The notes under the pieces were generated by a model, which was not told where the DNA came from, searched no databases, and worked only from the letters and a program-made list of their open reading frames with translations. A stretch of 63,787 bases of DNA, counting the filler, from Octopus bimaculoides (Eukaryota): the NCBI RefSeq assembly GCF_001194135.2. It is 8 parts of 8 records of this genome, joined end to end, with 100 filler letters (N's around TTAATTAATTAA, not from the genome) between each part and the next. Parts side by side here need not be neighbours in the genome. Positions count along the whole stretch, not along the records: positions 19,993 to 33,700 come from NC_068981.1; positions 33,801 to 46,165 come from NC_068982.1; 6 more parts are not named here. One strand, written 5' to 3'. This document shows positions 27,820-39,244 of the stretch, in pieces; the stretch's first letter is position 1, and every line of letters begins with the position of its first letter. A program made the translations under genes and the position numbers.

Positions 27820-28270
27820 AGCTGTTGCTGCTGTTGTTGTTGTTGGTGGTGGTGGTGATGGTAGTGTTTCTAATGGTGGTGGTGGTCGTGGTGGTGGGAC
27901 CGTCATGGTCATCATCGTCATCATCATCATCATCACCATCATCATCATCACCACCACCATCACTGTCAACGTCATCAATGAACCACATCATTATCAGCCA
28001 CATCACTACCACCACTACTATGATCCCCACCATCATCATCATTATCATCATCATTATTGTCACCTTCTTCCTCATCATCATAGTCGTCCTCATCAACATC
28101 ATCATCATCAACATCCTCATCATCATCACCACCACCACCACCACCACCATCACCTCCATCTCTGCTACTGCCATTCAACACCCCACCCTCGCCGCCGCCG
28201 CACCGCCACTACTGCCACCACTACAGCAGTCACACCCTTCCTCACCACCACCACCACCGTCACACCCACC
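27820..28270. repeat. Mosaic trinucleotide low-complexity tract (TGT/GGT/CAT/CAC)
   Basis: Direct reading; no domain in any frame. Confidence 0.8.
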
Positions 28271-28728
28271 ACCATTCATTCCCTGTCCCTACTAGCCCTT
28301 ACACTAATAGTTCAGTCACCAACATCATTCATATCTCATTGTTTTTGTTGTTACATCCTTCTTTTCCCCTCTTTATCTTCAGCCATTACTAATTTGTGTT
28401 GTTGTTGTTGTTGTTGTGGTTCTTTTCTTTCCCATCTCACTCCTTCTTCTTCTGGTCTTCTGCTTTCCACTTCTTCCACATCTTGAAGCATCTCCTCCTT
28501 CCATTTTATGTGCTTGCTTTACAAATCGTCTTCCTTTTCTCTCTCTTCCTCTCTCTTCCTCTCTCTTCCTCTCACGCCCTCCTCTTTCCCTCTCACACCT
28601 TTCTGCCAATATCTGTGTATATGCATGTATGAATTTGAGGGTTTATGCATGTACACTTCACACACACACAGAGTCACACATACACACATGCATGCACACA
28701 CAAATAATCACACATTTTATTAATATAT

Positions 28729-28797
<69 letters not shown>

Positions 28798-30267
28798 NNN
28801 NNNNNNNNNNNNNNNNNNNNNNNNNNNNNNNNNNNNNNNNNNNNNNNNNNNNNNNNNNNNNNNNNNNNNNNNNNNNNNNNNNNNNNNNNNNNNNNNNNNN
28901 NNNNNNNNNNNNNNNNNNNNNNNNNNNNNNNNNNNNNNNNNNNNNNNNNNNNNNNNNNNNNNNNNNNNNNNNNNNNNNNNNNNNNNNNNNNNNNNNNNNN
29001 NNNNNNNNNNNNNNNNNNNNNNNNNNNNNNNNNNNNNNNNNNNNNNNNNNNNNNNNNNNNNNNNNNNNNNNNNNNNNNNNNNNNNNNNNNNNNNNNNNNN
29101 NNNNNNNNNNNNNNNNNNNNNNNNNNNNNNNNNNNNNNNNNNNNNNNNNNNNNNNNNNNNNNNNNNNNNNNNNNNNNNNNNNNNNNNNNNNNNNNNNNNN
29201 NNNNNNNNNNNNNNNNNNNNNNNNNNNNNNNNNNNNNNNNNNNNNNNNNNNNNNNNNNNNNNNNNNNNNNNNNNNNNNNNNNNNNNNNNNNNNNNNNNNN
29301 NNNNNNNNNNNNNNNNNNNNNNNNNNNNNNNNNNNNNNNNNNNNNNNNNNNNNNNNNNNNNNNNNNNNNNNNNNNNNNNNNNNNNNNNNNNNNNNNNNNN
29401 NNNNNNNNNNNNNNNNNNNNNNNNNNNNNNNNNNNNNNNNNNNNNNNNNNNNNNNNNNNNNNNNNNNNNNNNNNNNNNNNNNNNNNNNNNNNNNNNNNNN
29501 NNNNNNNNNNNNNNNNNNNNNNNNNNNNNNNNNNNNNNNNNNNNNNNNNNNNNNNNNNNNNNNNNNNNNNNNNNNNNNNNNNNNNNNNNNNNNNNNNNNN
29601 NNNNNNNNNNNNNNNNNNNNNNNNNNNNNNNNNNNNNNNNNNNNNNNNNNNNNNNNNNNNNNNNNNNNNNNNNNNNNNNNNNNNNNNNNNNNNNNNNNNN
29701 NNNNNNNNNNNNNNNNNNNNNNNNNNNNNNNNNNNNNNNNNNNNNNNNNNNNNNNNNNNNNNNNNNNNTACATGCTCAAACATGCATACCTGCTATTTAT
29801 TAGAAAATATAGGTTATATCATATTACTTACAACATTTTAATGTATTGCTAATTTATACATGAAGAGTAAAACCAAAATCAAAAATATTAAAAAGTAAAA
29901 TAATATATATATATATATATATATATACTTAGACATTAAAGAATTTTCAGAATTAAAGGTATAAATGTGAAAAAGAAATATATGCAGAAAGCAATGATAA
30001 CAATAAGAAGCATATTTGAAACACCAAATTTTTTTTTTAAATGCATATTCTAAAGAACAATAGACACTCAAAGGTCCAGGTACTACTGGCTGATGAAACA
30101 GAAAATGTCGAAACACCAGCATACTGACTTACACAACAGTAATTAGCATATAAGCTTTGAAATTTGGCAGAATACATTAAGAATAAATATGTGTATCATT
30201 GTTTCAGAAAACTTGCTGTTCACAGTGCAAATAATGTTTTTGTCAATTCTTAGATATAAGCACTGAT

Positions 30268-30474
30268 CAGGACTTAAATATATATAACATACAGAAAATT
30301 GCACTACTGGGCACTGCACACATCCTACGCAAAAGACTTTCAATACTGTAACCATAAGAGCATCACAGCAAACCACAGCACATACCCATGGCACACAGAG
30401 CTGCGCTCGGTAGTGAAGTGAAAGCACGCTATAAAAATAAAACTACTGAATAATAATAATAATAGAATTTTTTT
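30268..30474 (+). mobile_element. 5'-truncated 3' end of an R4/Dong-like RLE retrotransposon with (TAA)n tail
   Basis: YNIQKIALLGTAHILRKRLSIL* is the characteristic RLE C-terminus, followed by a short 3' UTR and taataataataata. Confidence 0.75.
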
Positions 30475-31431
30475 CTTTATCAGCCACAAAGGTTTGAAAA
30501 GATACAGAAAATTACAAAGAAATATTAAATGGGAGTCTTACAAAAACGTTGGGTATGCAACAGAGAAGTTATAGAAAGACAAGAGGAAGGATGAATGAGG
30601 TTATATAATACATAATTGAACAAATTTATAAACCACAAATATTTACACAAAATAAATAAAAATGTACAACAAAGTACAATAATCAAAAACAGGATGTCTG
30701 TATGAAAATTATATGTCAATTTGCATTGAAAAGTTTGAAAAGTTCTTTCAACAAGAATAACTTGCCTTAACTGAATTTCTGTTAAAAAACATTATGGTAA
30801 CTCTACTTCATCATGAAAATTTAAATAGATACAATTTAGGAAGTCTCTAGCAATATTTATTTTATACATTTCAATTATAGACTGTATTATACCAGAAGTC
30901 TGACAGAACTTTGTTGACATTTCATGATATACTTTACTATTAAGAAATAAATGAAAAGATAAATACAACAATTCTAATGTGTTCTTTTGTAACTAAATTA
31001 ACTCTCCCATAATCTAATTTCAGTTTCAACATATGGTCACAGTTCAAGTGAGTTGCCAAGTACAACTCCAAATTTTTTCATTAGCTGTTTGGTAAAGCTA
31101 AAGGTTATTTGTTTCTAAATTTAATTTTGGATTCAAAAAATTAAGCATCAACTGAAACTGACAAACCTGTTTCAGTAAATAGATTTACAGGGTTTTTTAA
31201 AATTTATCTGATCCACGATGGTTCTTATTTTGCAAAACTAAAAGATCATCATCTCTGTGTAGCCCTCCTCAAATGATTAGAAATATTTAACGCAAAAGAT
31301 CCAAAATATGAATTACTATAATTTTAGATAGTTCTGTCCCATCATATGATATCAATCAAAACATCAAACAAATCATTTTTACCTCAAGTTGTTGAAAAAA
31401 AAAAAGACATTTTTTTGTGTGTGTAATTATC

Positions 31432-32607
31432 TCAATCTTTAATATAAAAGTCAATGTCTGTATGTGTGTTCATGTGTTTGTGTGTTTGTATGTTACTTAT
31501 AGACTCAAAAACTACTGGACTGATCCTAACAAAATTCGGAACACAAAATCCAAGCCTAGGGAGAAGGGTAATGCCTTATGTTTCATACAATTTTGAGGGG
31601 CAGAAAGGGGGCAGAACCCCCCCCCCCCCGTGAAAATTCATATACTTCGGATTTGGATGAAATTTGAACCATAAGTATTAGAAATAAATTTTGGAATATA
31701 CCCACAATTTCTATTTCTTTGGATGATTCTAAGATCCCCTAATGGGGGATTAACCCACAAATTTCAGTCATTTTTCATGAACCAAAATTACTAACTGGAT
31801 CCTTATGATATTTGAAACTTAGATTCAATGCATAAGGGTCGGTAATATGCAGTATGTTTGGTTTGAATATGATGTTGATGAAATTTCAACCAAGAAATAT
31901 TCCCAAAGTTTCCACTTCTTATGAGGAATCTAAGACCCCCTAATGGGCGCCTTAACTCCCAAATTTTAGTCATTTTTTTTATAATCCAAACAACGTCAAA
32001 ATTACTGAATGGGTCTTTATGAAACTTGGAAATTATATTCTATGCATAAGGGCAGATGTAATGTAGTATATGCTTGACAGAGAGGGGGCATAAATGAGGC
32101 TATAACTCCCATGAAAATTCATATATTTTTCCTGTTGAAGAAATTTTAATCATAGATATTAGACACAAATGAAGTAATATTCCTAAAATTTCAACTTCCT
32201 AGGAGTTTAGTGAAACCCCTTAATGGGGGCTTAACCCCAACAATTTAGTCATTTCTCTTTAACCAACACGAATACAATTGTAGTCTTAGATTTTAAAAAA
32301 TTCTGTAGCCATATGCATTGGAGGTAGCCATTGTGGTCTTAAAATTAATCTGGTGCATAGGGAGTGCAGCTACGTTTTGGCTCATACATCTGTAGTGCTA
32401 GCATAAGTGTAGGTGCTTAGGGCTCATAAGGACTACTGCCTCCGATAAAGTAGTGTTCATTATTCCACTCATCATTCACTATACTTTCTACTCATTCGCT
32501 AAATCATTCAACTATTGATCTCATGATATTATAGTTTCTTTTACAATCTTTTACAAGTCGGCCTAGGCTAATTCTAAGAAGTTACGATAATGACACACTA
32601 ACACACT

Positions 32608-32668
<61 letters not shown>

Positions 32669-33200
32669 GCGCACACCCATTCTCTCTCTCTCTCTCACCC
32701 CCCCGTAGGGAGATGATGCTGTCATTGCACCTTGCACGGTGCAATGTAAGCATTATCTAAGGGTCTTTGCAGCTTCCCTTCAGCCCCAAGCTGCAACTAC
32801 AATTGTTCTACTACTATCCCTCCATTCATTCTTGCTGTCCACTCTCTTGGATTTATTCTTAATTTGAACAATAGTTATAAGACACAAGTTAAAAAAGATT
32901 CCCAACAATTCAACTTCTCTGATTGACTTTAATCCCCCCCCCTAATAGGGGCCTTAACTCCCACATTTTAGAGCTCCATGTGCTCCATTTTCAGAAGCAA
33001 AACCTTTGAATGGGTTTTATAAGATTTGGATTTCAAAATCTGGGCATAAAGATGAGTACTATGGGATAAATATGTCATGATTAGAATTTTTGCTAGGGTG
33101 TGTAAAGAGGGAAATTAAAATTCTTAATCTCCAATTTTGATGAAATTCGAATCATAGGTATTCCAGTTCATTACAGGAAATATAAAATATAATTCCTTTC
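31432..33200 (+). mobile_element. Probable non-autonomous Helitron-like element with internal degenerate tandem modules and captured fragments
   Basis: Starts AATCTTTAATATAAAAGTCAATGTCTGTATGTGTG..TCAAAAACTACTGGACTGAT, similar to recalled animal Helitron-N 5' ends. Four copies of a CCCC-TAAT-GGGG..TTAAC(T/C)CC..ATTT(T/C)AG module. No 3' CTAG end was identified. Confidence 0.4.
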
Positions 33201-33363
33201 CCCCTGAGTTAATGCTTCTCATCATTCCTGATTCCCTCTCTTCATTCCTAATTCTTATATCTTCTCTTTGTCCTTTCCCCAACCCTTACCCTGTATCTTC
33301 TCCGCCTCTCTTGTGTCAATTCTCACTGCTGTGCTCAATGATCACTGTCTGCCAAAACACAGT

Positions 33364-33700
33364 GGAGGCTCAATGGCCCAGTGGTTAGGGCAGCGGACTC
33401 GCGGTCATAGGATCGCAATTTCAATTCCCAGACCGGGCATTGTAAGTGTTTATTGAGTGAAAACACCTAAAGCTCCACGAGGCTCCGGCAGGGGATGGTG
33501 GCGAACCCTGCTGTACTCTTTCACCACAACTTTCTATCACTCTTACTTCCTGTTTCTGTTGTACCTGTAATTCAAAGGACCAGCCTTGTCACACTGTGTC
33601 ACGCTGAATATCCCCGAGAACTACGTTAAGGGTACACGTGTCTGTGGAGTGCTCAGCCACTTGCATGTTAATTTCACGAGCAGGCTGTTCCATTGATCGG
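33364..33700 (+). mobile_element. SINE family C' (different tRNA head and core, same 3' tail as family C)
   Basis: Head GGAGGCTCAATGGCCCAGTGGTTAGGGCAGCGGACTCGCGG..TTCAATTCCC. The tail CCAGCCTTGTCACACTG..GAGAACTACGTTAAGGGTACACGTGTCTGTGGAGTGCTCAGCCAC is shared with family C. Confidence 0.8.
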
Positions 33701-33800
33701 NNNNNNNNNNNNNNNNNNNNNNNNNNNNNNNNNNNNNNNNNNNNTTAATTAATTAANNNNNNNNNNNNNNNNNNNNNNNNNNNNNNNNNNNNNNNNNNNN

Positions 33801-34105
33801 CGGGCCGACCAAAGCCTTGTGAGTGAATTTGGTAGACGGAAACTGAAAGAAGCCCGTCGTATATATGTATATATATATATGCATGTGTGTTTGTGTGTCT
33901 GTATTTGTCCCCCCACCATCGCTTGACAACCGATGCTGGTGTGTTTACGTCCCCGTAACTTAGCGGTTCGGCAAAAGAGACCGATAGAATAAGTACTAGG
34001 CTTACAAAGAATAAGTCCTTTGGTCGATTTCCTCGACTAAAGGCGGTGCTCCAGTATAGCCGCAGTCAAATGACTGAAACAAGTAAAAGAGTAAAAGAGT
34101 ATATA
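33801..34105 (+). mobile_element. SINE family A, 5' part lost in gap
   Basis: CGGGCCGACCAAAGCCTTGTGAGTG..GTAAAAGAGTAAAAGAG. Further half-copies at about 2157-2390, 3570-3770, 7575-7730, 9100-9280, 12150-12305, 17425-17615, 17975-18145, 23040-23265, 26160-26395, 61480-61680. Confidence 0.8.
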
Positions 34106-34590
34106 TATATATATATATATATTGCATTGAATATTGGTTGTTGCTAATCTAATCCCGAAAAGTGAAAACGGCTAACATCTTTGCCACATTGTTTCCATAT
34201 ATTACTGGAGATATATTCTCTCACGGCCGGCTCCATATTGCATGCCTACTTTTAAGGACTCCTTTTTACCATAGCACCAAACCATAAGACAAGGAATGTT
34301 GGCGATCCAAGACTTCTTCCTGAATAGAACGCATTACTAATAGAATTGCTTGTTTTGTTTGATACATATTAGTTTTATTGCAAGGAAATATCTAAAGTAA
34401 AGCAAAATCGTATTTTCTTTAGTCACAAAATTACGTTCATATATATATATATATATATTGATAGGAAGGACAAAAAAAGAAAGAAAGAGACTTCGATATT
34501 ATGTAAATAGAGAGACTTATCTGTAAAAATATGTGACACTTATCATGGCTACCGAATAAGTGTCACATAATTATATATACATACATACAT

Positions 34591-34623
<33 letters not shown>

Positions 34624-34879
34624 ATTATATGTATTTATTTTATCCTAATAAATAATAATTCGGATAGAATAAATGGGCTAATAGAATCGACGATTCCTAT
34701 GGATCGCATAAATTGTAATTCTTCGAAACATATGTCGGAATAAAGTATGCAGTTATAACATGCGTTTACTCCGTTCCTTAAATTTATATATATATATATA
34801 TATATATATATCTATTGTAATTGTAAATTAATGCGCAATACATAAAAGAAAAGCATTTCAAGCTGAAATTTGTTTTATT

Positions 34880-36800
34880 CAATAAAAACTACGGTTCTGA
34901 GGTCTGGGGAAAAAAATGTCCTTACATGTGAGAATCCAACATGGACCTTGCCCATGAAAGACATGGATTTTGTGTCAGAAATGCCGAGGAACTGTCTCAG
35001 ATTTGTTGATGATCACATAAAAAGACAGTTTTACTGAAAACTAACCGAAAATGATAGAACAGAAATAGCGTATCTGATAGGATGAGAGAAATGCCCAGAA
35101 TAAAAACATTTTCTCATTTGACATTACTAGTCATAATGGTGCTCTCGGTCCCATGGAGTAAAAAAGTTTTGACAGCTAGTTTTGTACTGTGACGGAATTC
35201 TGTGCATCCCAATTACGTAGCAACATAAGAGGTATTTCTATTTTCACTTGTCGGTTGAGAGGAAAGACAACAGTGGGTTGAAGAGAATTGAGAAACTGTT
35301 GGATCATATCTGGATTTTGTCGGTACCTTTTGAATGATTGTGGCAGCAATATCCTGCTTAATGTAACTTTTGAGAGCCAGAATGACTTGTTCCCAAAGAC
35401 AGTCGTGATCTCCGTAATCCGGTGACAGGCTTAGATAAACTTTCAATAGCATTTCTTGAGATTGTTTTTGACATCTTATTTTTGTGTCAGTTTGCAACTG
35501 ACTATTGCCCGCTTGAAGCAAAACGTTCAGTCAATTTGGCTTCTGAATGCATTTCTATGAAATGCAATTCTCACGATGATAGAAAGGTGAAGTTGTTGGG
35601 CTCCTCTCCATCTACGGAGAATGCTCACAACTGATCATTTGATGAACTCTTTAGAATGACTGAGAGAGTTTGTTTTAAATTACCGTAATGTTAGAGTTTC
35701 CTATGGGATTGTGTAAGATGTTATCGCGAACCTCGAACGTAAGTCTATGCGCCATTGTACTCTTGCCCAATTGTATCTGTTTGGCCAGTTTCAGAACCTC
35801 TGTTTCTTCCAAAACTTTTGTCTATATTGCACACAAAACTATCAATGAATGTTAGGTTGAGAGTCAGCTTAAAAGCAAAGTGTGCAGTTCTACTACATGC
35901 GAAGAAAATTGTTGCAATTCTAGATGAGGCCACTACAATAATATTCTGGTTGTAAGGTGGTAAGCTGGCAAAATCTTTAACACGCCAGGCAAACAAAATG
36001 CTTAGCGGCATTTCGTCCGTCTTTACATTCTAAGTTCAAATTCCGCTAAGGTCGACTTGCCTTTCATCCCTTCTGGGGTCGATAAAATAAGTACCAGTTG
36101 AACACCGGAGTCAATGTAATCGAATTACCCCTCCCTCAAAATTTCTGGCCTTGTACCAAAATTTGAAACCAATAATACTCTGGTTGTGTAAAAGAATTTT
36201 AACCAAGATTATGTTTAATCAACAAAGTTTTACCTGTACCGACGACAGTATCAAGGAAAACTATTCCTCATGAATCAGATATCACGGACTATTTGATCGT
36301 TGTATATGCTTTTGTTTATTGAACCCAGACTCATTAATTTTGGTAGATATATTGTTCCAGTTGTTGAATGTCATAGCTGGTTGCCTGAAGAATCTTTTAA
36401 CAGAGAGTTGCAATTACACTTCGTATTGGCAGTCCACATTGTTCAAGATTCTTACCAATCAAGAACCGTATCGTATTTTCAATGAGGTTCAATGCTTGGT
36501 TGTACATGACAGAAGTAAACTCACGGAGATTCTGGGTTTTGTCTTTTTGTTGTGGTGGATATGTCTTTTGTTATACTGTTCTGATTATTATACCAAAGTT
36601 ACTGAGAAAAGGATAGTGAACAGGTATATAAAATGATAGCAAAGAAGCTGTTCGTCTTGCTTGGAGAATGTAAAATTAGAGTCCTTTCACAGGTAGTGTG
36701 TCAGTGACCATCCTTTTCCATGAGTCATCTTCTCTGATGTTGTGTAGAATTGATTTGGTATGCTGTAAATACACATCCAGCAACCCAGCAAATTTTTGAG
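34880..36800 (-). mobile_element. Decayed Helitron Rep-Hel, Pif1-family helicase region (frameshifted), interrupted by a SINE at about 35960-36170
   Basis: Minus-strand pieces in Helitron order: FFAIILYTCS; YNQALNLIENTIRFLIGKNLEQCGLP; Walker A GIVFLDTVVGTGKTLLIK (36214-36267); VASSRIATIF..RTAHFAFKLTLNL; DHDCLWEQVILALKS; FLNSLQPT..IPLMLLRNWDA; NVFILGISLILSD; VHVGFSHV. Confidence 0.85.
35960..36170 (+). mobile_element. SINE family B inserted in the Helitron helicase remnant
   Basis: GGTGGTAAGCTGGCAAAATC..AAGTTCAAATTCCGCTAAGGTCGACTTGCCTTTCATCCC..TGTACCAAAATTTGAAACC; helicase peptides resume on both sides. Confidence 0.8.
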
Positions 36801-37304
36801 GCCCTGGAATGAAGATAGACCATTAATATTATGCAGGAGATATCTCATTTAAAAATCATATCTTCATAAAACCAGTACAAATGATATGGATGGCATTAAA
36901 ACGTTTATTCATTCATTGTTTCACATTTAAATTTCTACATATTCATATCAAATCCTGTTTCCTTACTGTGATCTTCCAGTATTTATAACAATACAAGAAG
37001 ACTATTATATTTCACATAAAATATATAGGTTGTACATATTGGTTTCAAATATTAGCACAAGGACAATAATTGCTGGCGGGAGGGATAAGTCGGTTACATA
37101 GACCCCAGTGCTGAACTCGTACTTATTTTATTGATCCCCAAAAGGATAAAAGGCGAAGTCGCCCTTGGCGGAATTTGAACTCAAAAACGTAAAGCCGGAT
37201 AAAATGCCGCTGAGTATTTTGTCCAACCGGGTAATGGTCCTGCCAGCTCGTTACTTTATGTAGACAGTGTATATTGTAACACTAATATTATGAAAGTTCT
37301 TCTT

Positions 37305-37725
37305 TTAGCGCATGGTCTAGACCCAGCAGGCTTTCCTTCCCAGCTCGAACCAGCAGGGCTAGCCTGAGGGGACGGTAAAAGGCCTGACGACATGACCATT
37401 TTCCCGTTCCGTGACAGTAGGCCCCTCATCTAGGATGCCACATGGTGTGATATCTTCTCCAGCTGTGTTCAGCTACCAGCTCAGTCTCCGCTGCTCGTCA
37501 GACTGAGAAGGGCAAATTGTCAAAGTATTGGTCGAGCCTGTAGCAGTGGAGACCTCCAGCGTTCTCGGCCCCCGGACCACATCCCTGCCCACCGCTATCG
37601 GGGCGGCGATGGCTATACGCAAATACGAGACCCTTGAGTCAAAGTGGCTCTCCAGCACGTCTCTTTTGCCATCCTCCAGGGCAACGCCCTTTCCATTTTG
37701 TTTGCTGGGACTATGAGGCAGACTT
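37305..37725 (+). mobile_element. CRE-clade-like non-LTR retrotransposon RLE-domain fragment
   Basis: LEPAGLA*GDGKRPDDMTIFPFRDSRPLI*DATWCD, then EPVAVETSSVLGPRTTSL..ESKWL..SLL..GNA. This matches the LEPxGL..DGKRPDG..WDxT and P.AVET.G pattern of CRE-type endonucleases. Confidence 0.7.
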
Positions 37726-38934
37726 GACAAGCCTTTTTAGCCATTGCTTGTTACATATGGTTTTATTCATTACCGGAAACTGAAACTGGTTTGTGAATTC
37801 AGTTCACCAAGAAATGACGGTTATTTTTCGGCATTCGCCAATAGAATGATTTGATAACACACATTATGATCACCTCCAGTCACTTTCTTTTATGTTACAG
37901 CTTTGAGCGAAAGTTTGTAATAAAGAAATACACCATCCTATTTCGTTAATCGAAAGTTTAAAAAGTGACACAAAGGTAGAGTTTCGTATGTATGCATGTA
38001 GTGAGAATTTACAAAAAAACACAAAAGACGAAGACGGTGTGTAAACAACAAATAGACGTATTAGTTTAACGGTAGGGAAGTGAGAAAGTCTTTTACGTTT
38101 CGAGCCTACGCTCTTTAACAGAAAGGAACACAGAGATAAACAGGGATAGAAAATAGAAAAAGGTTTAGTGGCTAGCGATCTATCATGGCAAACATACATA
38201 CATACATACATACATACATGGTATATATCTTGTTGTATAGACACACACAAAATGCTAGCGTTCTGCCATGATTTCTTCAACTCCAGATGATGAGGTAGAG
38301 TGCAATATGTGTGTGCGTTTGTGAGTGAGCGTGCCTCTGTGTGTGTGTGTGTGTGTGTGCGTGCGTGTGTGTGTGTGTGTGTACATACGAATAAACGGAA
38401 GCCGTGACAATGCAATTTTTGTTTTTAATAAACGGAAACCCTTTTTTACGCAACTCAATAATTCTATTTTAAAAGACCTTAATCATGATAAAACGGAATT
38501 AAACCAGACATATATCGGGAGTCGGATCGCCAATGACAAGAATATAGCTTCGTCGGCAGAAGGGTCTTGGTGCATGGTTGTCAAATTAACAATTCGGTCT
38601 TCCTAAAATCAACCTACTATTTTTAAAATGGAGAACATATAGAATGATGTAATATAAGATATAGTATGTTTGAAAATACACAGGATGGTCTTGAATGATA
38701 TGTCTTTAATTAAGACTGGTTTGGGGTAAACAACATTTCCGGTGCACCAATCTTCCACTATATTAGTCCTGTCCCACATCAACATAACCCCAACAATCAA
38801 TCATTGGCATTATAATTTCACACTAATCCACCTCCCCCACTATAGACCATCACAAACATCATACCCCCACTACACCAGTCCACTGCTACCATGTCTCCAT
38901 AGCTTCAGTGTCACAGACAAAAACGAAACAAACT

Positions 38935-39244
38935 GGCATTCGGTGACGACGACGAGGGCTGCAGATGATCCAATCAACGGAACAGCCTGCTCGTGAAATT
39001 AACGTGCAAACGGCTGAGTACTCCACAGATACGCGCATCTTTTCGGGAAGATTCGGTTGTGACACAGAATGTGGACAAGGCTGCCCCCTTTGAAATACAG
39101 GTACTACTCATTTTTTGCCTGTTGAGTGAACTGGAGCAACGTGAAATAAAGTGTTTCCTCAAGGACACGACGCGTCGCCGGGAATTGAACTCACGACCTT
39201 ACGATCGTGAGCCGAATACCCTAACCACTAAGCCACGCGCCTTC
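38935..39244 (-). mobile_element. SINE family C, second copy
   Basis: Colinear with 25801-26120 over about 300 bp. Confidence 0.8.

Noticed and set aside
27791-28609. Poly-His, poly-Asp/Gly and poly-Met ORFs as a possible acidic Mnx terminal exon
   Set aside because: Open in several frames on both strands, no VKIWFQNRR or splice context; trinucleotide mosaic.
30086-30120. CTGATGA...GAAA hammerhead-like spacing
   Set aside because: No room for stem III or a cleavage triplet, and stem II is mismatched.
33364-33440. tRNA-like sequences (also 11476-11540, 26050-26120, 39170-39244)
   Set aside because: These are SINE heads that continue into core and tail domains; no complete cloverleaf.
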